DNA of 64,000 nucleotides from Thalia democratica (Eukaryota): NCBI GenBank assembly GCA_965202585.1, contig OZ241826.1, positions 27,714,001 to 27,778,000 of the forward strand, read 5' to 3'. Shown piece by piece: positions 24,740 to 35,049 of this stretch (position 1 is its first letter; each line of letters starts with the position of its first letter). The notes under the pieces were generated by a model. It saw only the letters and a program-made list of their open reading frames with translations, ran no database searches and was not told where the DNA came from. The position numbers and the translations under genes were made by a program.

Positions 24740-25418
24740 TGGTGACCACGACGTGAGTGAACACGCTTTAATTGAGGGTATAGAAATCAGTGCCGAGATT
24801 GACATGAACGTAGGGGAGGATCAGTCAGGAAATAACCAAAAGGGGGAAGAGCCCCAGGCAGCAATGGGCAGTTATCAACAACCTAGAGACCAGCCTAATC
24901 CAAGTGGTCTGCCAAGACAAAGCTACCCACCCCAACAAAATTCTACACCTAGCAACTATGGGCCTCCACCAAGGGTGACAGGACCACCTAGCAACAGCTC
25001 CATTCCTCCAGCGAAAACCTCTCTTTTGCCATTCCAACAACAATTCCAACCTAACAACTTAAACATGGACTATTCCCTCCAAAACAACAAGAGACCCCCT
25101 ATTCAAGTGCCACCTCAAGAACTGGGTGCCGAGGAGTTAGTACAGGGGATCAAAGATTTGAAGGGACAAATTCGACGGGCTAAACTTCTAGAGGAATTTC
25201 GAAAATTACAAGAAGAATTACATGAATTGAGAAGTCTAAATCCATCCACAAGGACAAATCACGACATCTCAACTCAGGTTAGACAGAATACATACATGGA
25301 TCCTCAAATCCAGGTTCCCCACCAGGTTTCACACACCTCAAAGGCTCAAGACCTACCAAGGAGCCAGGTGATATCTCCGCCTCATGCAAAAAACGAGCTC
25401 CCAAACTCTCCGCAGTGA
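24531..25418 (+). CDS. gag: ORF1, gag-like and internally deleted (no capsid core or CHCC), 295 aa
   Basis: An open ORF starting inside the LTR. Its N-terminus (MFSKEN) and C-terminus (STRTNHDISTQ; AKNELPNSPQ*) match family A gag, but the ~800 bp between those points in A is absent. Confidence 0.75.
   Translation: MSNRSKPPKKDSMFSKENIHHTLDKVNNPETRCSQRNIDRGINKRGVDPHSSRRSQPGPSDQPQATRERYGDHDVSEHALIEGIEISAEIDMNVGEDQSGNNQKGEEPQAAMGSYQQPRDQPNPSGLPRQSYPPQQNSTPSNYGPPPRVTGPPSNSSIPPAKTSLLPFQQQFQPNNLNMDYSLQNNKRPPIQVPPQELGAEELVQGIKDLKGQIRRAKLLEEFRKLQEELHELRSLNPSTRTNHDISTQVRQNTYMDPQIQVPHQVSHTSKAQDLPRSQVISPPHAKNELPNSPQ
24740..24756 (+). promoter_or_regulatory. Primer-binding site, tRNA-Trp
   Basis: TGGTGACCACGACGTGA matches 16 of 17 nt of the complement of the canonical metazoan tRNA-Trp 3' end (TGGTGACCCCGACGTGA). 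Confidence 0.88.
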
Positions 25419-25438
25419 GAGGGAGAGTGATTGGGGCT
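25388..25438 (+). promoter_or_regulatory. Putative -1 ribosomal frameshift signal (A AAA AAC plus stem-loop), family C
   Basis: In-frame gcA AAA AAC followed by CCCAA-ACTCTCC..GGAGAGT..TTGGG. The -1 frame is open into ORF2. Confidence 0.78.
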
Positions 25439-26917
25439 ACACTATCTCACACCCAAGCTGTCCAGTTTGTAAATAAAACCGCCCCACGACAGCAACCCCC
25501 ATCTCAACCGAGACCAACCAGAAATGCCTCAAACTGCACTATAAGTCATCCAGGAAATGAAGTGTCCACACCTTCAAACAAACCGAAGATGACTTTTCAT
25601 ATAAAGCAAACAGCCTCACGTAGTGCAGCAGAAACACCTGATGATAACCAAAGTTCTGAGCAAACACAGCCAGCATCACCAGGGCCAGCGTCAACGGTCA
25701 GCGCCGCCGAAGCCAGCACCTCCACGACAAGCGCCAACGATCCGAGCTACCTTAGCCAGCACCACAACGGGCAGTCCCAACGGTCAGCGCAAACACAGCC
25801 AGCATCACCAGGGCCAGCGTCAACGGTCAGCGCCGCCGAAGCCAGCACCTCCACGACAAGCGCCAACGATCCGAGCTACCTTAGCCAGCACCACAACGGG
25901 CAGTCCCAACGGTCAGCGCAAACACAGCCAGCATCACCAGGGCCAGCGTCAACGGTCAGCGCCGCCGAAGCCAGCACCTCCACGACAAGCGCCAACGATC
26001 CGAGCTACCTTAGCCAGCACCACAACGGGCAGTCCCAACGGTCAGCGCAAACACAGCCAGCATCACCAGGGCCAGCGTCAACGGTCAGCGCCGCCGAAGC
26101 CAGCACCTCCACGACAAGCGCCAACGATCCGAGCTACCTTAGCCAGCACCACAACGGGCAGTCCCAACGGTCAGCGCAACCGCAGCCAGAACCACAACAA
26201 AAATCTCTCGACACTACCAATCACAACAAAGAGAAAAGTGTAGAAAAATGGACTTTTCAACTGAATAAATTCCCTGCACCCAAACCGAAGAACCTCCCTC
26301 AGGGTCTACTATTTTTAGCGGATTCAAACACAAATGTTATCTTTTTGGTTGACAGCGGATCCGAAATTTCAATCCTGCCGAAGGAATTGACTAACGGTAT
26401 AGACAAATATTTTCCTAAACTAAGTAGAACCATCCAAGGGTTTGGTAACAAAACAACCCACCCTATTGGTAGCGCGGATGTCGAACTTCAATTTGGGAAT
26501 TTAGAACCCATTAACCACTCGTTCTGGGTTACTCAAGAATCACGCCACTTTGGCATTATTGGCATGGACCTGTTAAGAAAGAACGAACTAGCGATCCTGC
26601 CATCTACCTCTCAACTATGCAAGATGGGGTCAAACGAATCAGCTAGACTGTTCGCACCTGCTGAGTTGCCCACCCCTATAGTTGCTTCAGTCAAGCACAT
26701 CAATCTGGGTGGTAAGAATACAACTCCGTTAGAAGAAAAATGCAAAAGACTATTAATGGACTTCCCTGAAATTACCAGGAAGCCAACCTACCACGCAAAG
26801 CCAAAACACAACTACGAGCTCGAGATAATATTGGATAATTACAAGCCTGCCATGGTCAAAGCCAGGAGACCTGGTGTTTTTTTGTACAAGCATAGAAAGA
26901 TATTTGGTACTTTTTAG
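25389..26917 (+). CDS. ORF2: disordered leader with four 43-aa repeats plus an aspartic protease, truncated before RT
   Basis: ORF 25415-26917 extends upstream to the slippery site and contains FLVDSGSEISILP...GIIGMDLL. It ends shortly after the usual pre-RT segment (LLMDFPEITRKP...YELEI) and runs into AT-rich sequence. Confidence 0.85.
25661..26176 (+). repeat. Four apparently identical 129-bp tandem repeats within ORF2
   Basis: Unit starts at 25661, 25790, 25919 and 26048, each encoding QTQPASPGPASTVSAAEASTSTTSANDPSYLSQHHNGQSQRSA. Confidence 0.95.
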
Positions 26918-27407
26918 ATGAATACTACTTAAGGGCTTATTCAAATAAGCAACAGTTGATTTTCACTGATTATTTTGTACAACACCTAGAAGCTGCTTGC
27001 ATTGTTTATATTACTGTTAAATGACTTAACTTTAAGAATTTTTTTAATTTTAAAATTAATGGGGTTTTTGATGTTATATTTATTTGTACAACCATTAAAA
27101 ATTGGTATCTTATAGACATGTATTTTTTTTTTGGTAATTATCTTAGCTAAAATAGGTACTGTGTGATGTTTTATATAAAAATCTAAAATGTTCTATATTG
27201 CATTGAGTTTTGGTTGTCTCCTGTTTAGCACTGGGAAAGCTTGCCAAGCAAATTGTAAAAAGCATGGCTCAGTAACTTTCACTCATCTATTTTGGTGGGG
27301 TAAGTCGAACTGCCACACCCCAGAGACCTCAGAATGAACCATTCTAATAAGAACAGGCTGCCACTACGTACAGCAGAATTGTAGTGACGATGTCGATTCG
27401 TCTGGAA

Positions 27408-27650
27408 ATGCATACATGGCAGCACACCTTCGAATGCCATGGGGGGCAATGCCAACCCGTCTGCTGATGATGTCAAGCAGACCCTCAAATCCGTTGGCGT
27501 TGATGACGATGGTGAACAACGCCAGGTCGCCAGCGATTAATTCGCGGAGAAGGACGTCAGTGGAGCCAAACTTCCCGCCAGAGTTCCGGGAGAACCGCTA
27601 CAAGAAGAGCGGCCGCAGCTGGAGCAACCAGAGAAGAGGAGGAGAAGGCG
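27408..27650 (+). pseudogene. RPLP2: Captured, decayed 60S acidic ribosomal protein P2 coding fragment inside LTR element C
   Basis: The frameshift-corrected reading is M-x-YMAAHL-x-AMGGNANPSADDVKQTLKSVGVDDDGEQ..VASD*..EKDV..GAKL.A.VPG..AAAAGA..EEEEK, versus the P2 consensus MRYVAAYLLAxLGGNxxPSAxDIKxILxSVGIEAD. The C-terminal DDDMGFGLFD is absent. Confidence 0.82.
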
Positions 27651-27735
27651 AGTAAGAAGAGGCCGAGCCTCAACCTCCAGTGTAAGAGTAAGGAACCATC
27701 ATCATGAACGGTAAACATTGACTTTTAAACAAACT
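27639..27735 (+). pseudogene. Residual 3' tail of env in element C
   Basis: GAGGAGAAGG..AGAGGCCGAGCCTC..CAGTG..GAACGGTA..AAC.TTGACT is homologous to the env tail at 18559-18645. Confidence 0.7.
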
Positions 27736-28226
27736 TTTGACTCATGATTGTAATTAGGAATTTGTAAATTTATATTCAAAAAAAGTCTTTTCTTTACAAT
27801 TTCTTTAGAATTTCTTTTTTATTTTGTTAAAAAAAGCATTTTTTACCACACTTAAAAAGTGTCTTAAGCATTTACTACATTTAAATACTTATAGTTTTAA
27901 TTTTACTTTAAATATAGCTAGTAGAGTGTTTAAATCCAGATTTTGAATTAGCTCATAAATGTTGTTATATGCAAGTACCTTTTAGCACATAAAGTTGATT
28001 ATCATAAGTATCTCTTAAAATATTATTTTTGATTATTACATGTAAATTACAAAAAGAAAGTTATAAACTTATGTTGCATGCTTATATATCTCTAAGTTGA
28101 GTGCTCTAGTGATAATGGTTTTAACCTTGACTATAACAAAAGTTTTTTTCAGTTTAACAAACGTTTAACACCTTAAAACTATTGTTTATCTAAAAACCCC
28201 AAGTTAAAATTTTAAAAATGTTTAAT

Positions 28227-28238
28227 AAGAGGGGAAAA
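28227..28238 (+). promoter_or_regulatory. Polypurine tract
   Basis: AAGAGGGGAAAA immediately precedes the TG of the 3' LTR. Confidence 0.85.
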
Positions 28239-28954
28239 TGTAACGCCTCTGGCTTTAAATTAAATTCAGCAAAAGAGTTTTCTCTAATTAGGGGTTTTTT
28301 ATTAATTTGTTAACTTTGCCGCCTTAGATTTGAATGATTAGATTTGCAAAAAGCTCAAGCTGAACTTCCTATGTGCTAAATTGTGAGTATTGTCATTAAT
28401 CTCTTATTTTCTAGTTCTGTCTCTTAAATTGAAATTTTTAATAAAGTTAAATTGAAGTTGATTGTACTTTTGATTTTGCATAAATTTAAATAACTAAACT
28501 TTGGTGTTAATAGATCATTATATTGAAATTATCTGTAAATTGGTTATATAAAATTGAATAAATAAGCTTTGTTGTGGATAATTAATTAAGAAGCAAGCTG
28601 CTGTTGGTGCTCTTAATAATCTCTGAAATTTACAAATCAAATTTAATTAATTTAAATATCTAAATATCTAAATATCTAAAATATCTAAAATATCTAAATT
28701 CAATTAAATAACTAGTGGGCCACACCTAACTCTTGGTATAGCATAATGAGTAATAGATCCAAGCCCCCCAAAAAGGATAGTATGTTCTCTAAAGAGAACA
28801 TACATCATACTTTAGACAAGGTCAACAACCCCGAAACTCGCTGTAGCCAGCGTAACATTGACAGAGGAATCAACAAAAGGGGTGTTGACCCACACTCTTC
28901 GCGCCGTAGCCAACCTGGTCCATCAGACCAACCACAAGCAACGCGTGAAAGATA
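28239..28954 (+). repeat. 3' LTR of family C (716 bp)
   Basis: Same length and apparently the same sequence as the 5' LTR, and contains the first ~70 gag codons (ORF 28746-28955). Confidence 0.95.
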
Positions 28955-30702
28955 AAGTCATGTAATGGAAGTTTGATGATTGAATTGGTCAAAAAAAAAA
29001 AATTTGTTTTATCCTGTAAACAAAATAGATTTAAAACTTCTTATAGTTTGAAGTGTTAAAATATGTATTTTAGAATACGTTTAAATTAAGATTTAATTAA
29101 GAAAAGTCGGGAAAAGTCAGGAAATTTTTCTCAGCTTGATCTGTGGCAACCCTATAACACACTATAACCATACATAACTCCTTGTAGGCTACTGGATCAT
29201 AACTGATCATTGCTCATCTTCTAATTACTTTTGTTTAAGGAGTTGTTAATATTTGTCATTTAAAATTGTTAAAATAACAGTAGTTAAGTTTTAGTTGCAG
29301 CATTTCTATTTGGTTTTTTTGCATAATTGTTTTGAAATACTACTTTAAAATAACTTCAGAATATTAATAAACTTCTATTTATTTTTCCAGTATATCCATT
29401 TAAAAACTTTGTGATAGAGGTTACTAAATTATAGATGTACCTTTTAACAGTGAGTTAAATATACAGATAAATTGTGAGCTGAGATTACTATTAAAGTAAA
29501 CTTATAATAAGTTAATCTTTATTCTTAGGAAACATAAAAGTATATAAATTTTCTTTATATGTCTTTAAATATTTTCTACTTCTTTCAAATACATTTTTGA
29601 ATTAAAAATAATTTTTAACCGAAAGATTTTTATTTTCTCCTTAAATGCATAGTGTCTGATGCTACAGTATTTATTTTTATTTTTTAGTCTACAAAAGTTA
29701 AGTTGAGTTTATAAACCAATTAATTATTTGTGCACCAGGTCTTAGGACCAAACAATTTCAGCGCTTTTATTTGTCATACACTAAATTTTATATATATAGT
29801 GGAATTAACTTCTTTAAAAAGTTATATAATATTTTTTTTGTTCAAATATATATGTTAAACAACAAATAAAACCGGTCAATATTTTTGGTCTTAGGCATCA
29901 AAAAACCTTTCGGTTTTCGAATCGCACTCCACGGATACCTTTAAACGTCTTGTCCAGGTCAAAACAAATAGTAACTACTTTAAGGGTTTTAATCTAATTG
30001 TCAAATCTAAAAAGAAAGGTAGTTTCTAGCAAAAAAAAAACTAATAATACTTAACCTAAAAACTTTAAGTTTATTACGATTTTACTTTTATAAAAAAGTT
30101 GTGAGCACTTTTCTAATTATTTCCATGGTTGCTATAAATATAGTTTAATTCGTTTTATCAATCTATTCTAGGTTATTATTTAAACTTTAATGTTAAAAAA
30201 ATTTTCTACTATTTAACTGTATTTAAGTTTTATGTTGCTAGATACGTTTTTGAGTACATCGTAAGTAAAAATAATTTAAGTAAAAGCATTACTAACTTAA
30301 ATTTCCTTTCATTTTATTTATTTATTATATTTATTGTTATATTTATCAAGGTTTAAATATTTAAGTTAAAAAACATTAACATTTATTGCTTAGAAAAAGT
30401 TGTAAAAGCATATGGTGTACGACTAGGTAACCGAAAGGCTTTTTATCACATTAACTCTTTAAATCAAACCTTTTGAGCCTTTTTTTATTGTTCAATAAAA
30501 AAATATACAGAAATCAAGTATGCATGAATAGCATTTTCTGAATATTAACTACTTACTTGGTTAAGAAATCTAAGTAAAACCAATATACTTTAGTTTAAAT
30601 TACTTTGACTACATTTAAGTAATTTTAATTATTCAGTTTAAGAAAAAAAAGTTGTTTTTTTTACATTTAGACTTTTTTTACATATTATACAGTAAATACA
30701 TC

Positions 30703-32425
30703 ATGTACTCAAACGAAAAGTATTTAGATGAGACAATCGCACTGTTTCCTGGTCCTCAGAACTACTTGCGCCGTCTGTGCGAAGAAGAAAAGCAAAAGAC
30801 TAAAACTAAAATTGAAAACAAGGTCAAGTATTTTGAAGCGGAAAAAGAAGAATTGGTGGAAGATGCTATGGAGTTGTTTATATGCAACACTTTTGCTCTT
30901 AAAAAATCACTTTCAAAGGATTCCAAGCACGAGCTTCAGTTGTTGGAAAGCGACGATCCGGATAACGATCTGTTGAAAGGATCGCTCGGTTTGAGCGCTG
31001 AAACGAACCAATCAAAAAAATACAAAAACCTTAATATCAGGATTTACAGGGTCAAATCGAATATGGAACGTTGCAGATGTCCGAGTTCGCTGCTTCTGCA
31101 CGGCACCAAAGTAAAAAACGTCGAGGGAATCTTAAGAGAAGGACTGAGACCTTCGTCGTCAGGTAAACATGGCCCTGGCATTTATTTGACAAACAGCTTT
31201 GAAATTGCTCAACGTTACGGTCAAAACTACGCGAAAAACGATGGGAACGCCAAAGACTTGACGTACTTGTTTGTTAGCAAAGTGAAAGAGACGCTAGTAG
31301 GTTCAGGTTGTCTTTGTGGAGAACGTAAAGACGGTCAGTCCGTTAAAACTTGTGAACCATTATTTGATAAGAAGACAACTTCAACTTTGTTTATTAAATC
31401 TTCATACCCGTGTCTTGACTCCAGCTTTAGTTACGAGCCCGTTTTAAAAGTCTACGATGGAAACTCATACTCCAAAAAACAAGTTGAATTCAGAAACTCT
31501 TCAGCCCACAAGTTCGACAGCGACGAAAACAAAATTCTTTCGGGCACGTTTCAAGTAGGCGATGACGAAAAAAGAATATTTGTGGCTCATCATGACCTAA
31601 TAACCCTCGAATACTTAAAAAAAAATCGAAACAAAACAAAGTGCACGCGAGCTTGCAAACCAAATTTTGTATGTCGATCTCAACGAGACCAAGTTTTCAA
31701 AATATCTGCCAACTTCAGATCCGCGAAAAGACGTGTCGATCGAAAACAGTCCTGTCTGTTCTGAAGACTGCTCCATGAACACTTTTGTTGCCGAGCTCGA
31801 AAAAGAAATAAGCGTCAATCAACGGGCAGAAATTGAACTTATGAAGCATCAGTTTGAAAGCAAATTGTACTCTTTTATGCAGCAATTGTTGTTCGATACG
31901 AGCAGCATATCTGAAACCAACGGTTGCGCCAAGTACAAAGCGGAACTGCTGCAAGCTTCAGATTCAGATCACAAGTTTGTGCTCGGGTCGATGACTAAAA
32001 TAAGCCCGAACTCGGCAATCCTGAAAATTTTCAGGATCAACCCAGTCGACGAAGGCGAACAGATACGCGGAGGCTTGCTTTACCTGCAAGGAGTCAAGGC
32101 GAACGAGGTGGTGAACGTTCTGACGAGAGGGTACCCGGCGAACGACAAGGATTTTTTGGAGCAGTGCGAGTGCAGACTCAGTTGTGACTGCTTTGCGTCC
32201 ACCAGCTTGGACATAGAACTTTTGCAAGGAATGAGCCACTGTGTCACGAACGGACAAGTCGGAAAGTTGTCGTTCGTCTTTGTCGCAAGCAAAGGAATAA
32301 GCGCGGACGATGAAGCTTTACCAAACTCCGACACCAGAGGGTGCTGTTTTCAAAGCAACAAAAGAACCTGGCTGCAGCTGATCGGCGTGATTCCAGCTTA
32401 TTTAGTTGTTATTAGCGTTCAATAG
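30703..32425 (+). CDS. Intronless tandem PARP/ADP-ribosyltransferase-domain protein, copy 1 (one +1 frameshift in a poly-A run near 31620)
   Basis: LLLHGTKVKNVEGILREG...GKHGPGIYLTNSFEIA...YLFVSKV...RIFVAHHDLITLEYL carries the H and Y motifs of the PARP fold. ORFs 30652-31764 and 31667-32425 join by comparison with copy 2. The frameshift may be real or a homopolymer error. Confidence 0.8.
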
Positions 32426-35049
32426 ACTTTGAATAAACCATCTTTTTGTAGTTGAAACAATAGAACTTTCTGTTTTAACACATAAAAGTTATCATTGTTT
32501 TAATTTACGGAAAGTCCTATACACTTTTTTATACAGATTTTTAAACAAATAGTTATTTAGAGTGGTAACTAGCATAATACTTTATTAAAATCACAGGTTT
32601 GTTTAAAAAAGATGGAAAGTTATTTTACTGTCCAATGCACAAACTTTCGATATTTCTTACAGGTTTTAAATTACACCAATCGGTCTACTTGACTGATTTA
32701 AGCTCTCAGTAGATTTGAGCAAAACAAAATTCCACTGCTTCTTTTTATAGTTGAAAAAAAAACATCAGCCAAAGTCTACGGAGATTACGCCTGGACTTTT
32801 TGTGCGGTGAGACGGGTTAAGTTTTACAACAAAAAGTTTTTATCTGGCAAGTTGGCCGAGTCTCATTAGCCTTATTAAATATCATCCGTGATTAGTTTTT
32901 ACATTGCTTGAAGGTCGTGTTTCTATTGATATACTAAAAAGACTTTTTTAATTTAACTCTGTTAGTAAAAGCTTGTGTATATAAGTGAGTTGTCTTAGAA
33001 GTGTCAATATGCATACGATTAGTCTTGTAAATAAAACAAATCGAATTAAAAGATAAATAAGGCTAATTTTTTATTTAGATTTTGTAAACTTTTTATTAGG
33101 TATTTTATGATATTTTTAAAACGATTAAATAGTAAAAGACACAAAAACCTTCCTTTTCCAAACAAATAATTTCAGAGTCATTTCAAACGAAATTGCGTTG
33201 CACGTAAGACTAACATGGTCAACAAATTCCTCACCGTGGGATACAGAAATTATTCCTTCCTTTTAAAATAATTTCATACTACCATTAAGCAGATTATCAA
33301 TTACGAATAGATTAGGAAACCTAAAGTTCTTTTATATATAGATCTATAGTTGATATGAGTTAGTAATAAAAAAAATAACAAGCATTTTTTATCGTTTCAG
33401 ATAACTAAAATTAATGAGTAAATATAAAAGTTTAAAAGATTTTTTTTTAAGTTTATAGTACCTCTAAATTTATAAACATGTAGACTAAATTTATATCAAA
33501 AAATAAGCATATACAACAAAGCAAACACAGCAAGTTGAATAACAAAAAAAAATAAAGAAACTTCAAAAACGATAACAACTTTTAGTAAAATAAATTAGAC
33601 ATCAAAAGGATGCTTGAAATGGGGGCATAGGGGTGCGAGCTCGTTTCTTATTTTTAATTATTTTTTATTTTTTTCGGTAATTGCTGTTCTTAAAAACTGT
33701 AATAACGCCTATTTCTTATTTTTTCAGGATTGCATTGTGAATAGTAGTCCGTGAGATATTGCTGCAGCAAAGATTATTTTTCATTAAATATGCAAAGTTT
33801 TTTTGTTAAGTATGTTACACTTGAAAATACGTTTTTACTTGTTTTATGTCGTTCTAAAAACCACCTCATTATGCTTTTTAGTTGTATTTTTATTTAAAAT
33901 TGTAGCTTCAAACATAATTATAAGCAGACATTCACCATTAAAAGAGCGTTGGGTGTTATTTCTGCAGCCGCAGTCGAACTTGGTTTACTTTAATAGCGAC
34001 TTCTAACCAATGAGTGAGCTCACAGCACTACACAACCAAAACAACATGTGCAGAGACTAAAAATGCTTCCACCCCCTATTCTGAAATTCATTCAAAACCA
34101 AAGTCGGCAAAGAATACTTCTAGCTTTTAAATATATATTTGCAAAAACGCTCTAAGCTACATGAGAAATTCTGCATAAACACTACCAAAGTAATAATATA
34201 ACTTTCTTAGATGGCTCTTGGCTACAAATGATATTTAACAAAAAAGTAATCAAAGTAACTTAAAGTTTTTCTGCTAATGTTAAAAGTACTTTCCGATCGC
34301 AAAAATAAAACTAAGTAAACCTTGTTCAACTGCTTAACTCTGCAGCTACAAAAATTTAAGGCATGGAAATTAAAACACAAAGTAAAAAATGTTATTCCAT
34401 TAATAACTAAAGTGGTTTTTGAAAAAAAATCATCTGGTAGATTTTAACAAAAATAAAGCTTCCCATAAAATTAAAATTTTACATAAAAAAGTTTGCATAG
34501 GTGTCGAATAGAACGATTAATCTTTCATTTTTTTAAATATTTAACAAAATCTTTTTTTTAGTGATAGTGTTTTATACCAGTTAATTTTAGTAAGCAGTAA
34601 ATTTTTGATGACCTAAATAAGTATGTTACTTTATAAAATTTTGACAATTACAACTTTGTGCCCAATAAATCATTTTTACTGGTAAGAGATAGAACATAAC
34701 TATGTAATAATAACAAGAAGTTATTTTAAATGAATTAATCCTGTAAAAAGAATTAATCCCAACAAATCCGGGTTTACTTAACTAATAATAAAAAAAAAAT
34801 TAAATTATTTATAAAGATACTCAAAGTAAAACTATTAAAAGTTGTTTAAACATAACAAACAATACCGATTATTTAACAAGTTTTACAATAAAGTTTGTTG
34901 ATAGCTGCGAAAGTATTAAAAACATTTAAATCATTTGTTATTAATATTTGTTTAAAATGTGAAACTATATACAGAATTTCATAAACAATCATTGATAAAC
35001 ATTATTATATATAGTATAGGTAGAAAAATATAAAAAAACTAAAAAGCAA

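Larger units (their letters stand above)
24024..28954 (+). mobile_element. Young non-autonomous Ty3/gypsy (CsRn1-like) LTR element, family C, 4931 bp
   Basis: Two 716-bp LTRs with no difference seen by eye. AAGT TSD at 24020-24023 and 28955-28958, with empty single-AAGT sites at 62481-62484 and 47968-47971 (reverse). It has a PBS, a PPT, gag and protease but no RT or integrase. Confidence 0.95.
23135..29153. mobile_element. hAT-type non-autonomous element (TIR CAGGGTTGCCACA-like) interrupted by LTR element C
   Basis: Uninterrupted paralogues at 61619-62672 and 47776-48850 have CAGGGTTGC...GCAACCCTG ends. The right end here is GATCTGTGGCAACCCT. Confidence 0.65.
19434..33200 (+). repeat. Arm 1 of a large diverged inverted segmental duplication (contains LTR element C and PARP-like copy 1)
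   Basis: Collinear reverse-complement similarity to 43685-52560 at many anchors: 19434 vs about 52545, 22180 vs 49830, 30703 vs 46159, 33180 vs 43700. Confidence 0.85.

Noticed and set aside
25623-26243. 206-aa alternative-frame ORF as a separate gene
   Set aside because: It is explained by the stop-free C/A-rich tandem repeat overlapping ORF2.
30728-32334. Short overlapping and antisense ORFs within the PARP-like genes (also 44694-46106)
   Set aside because: They are shadow ORFs of a GC-richer coding region.
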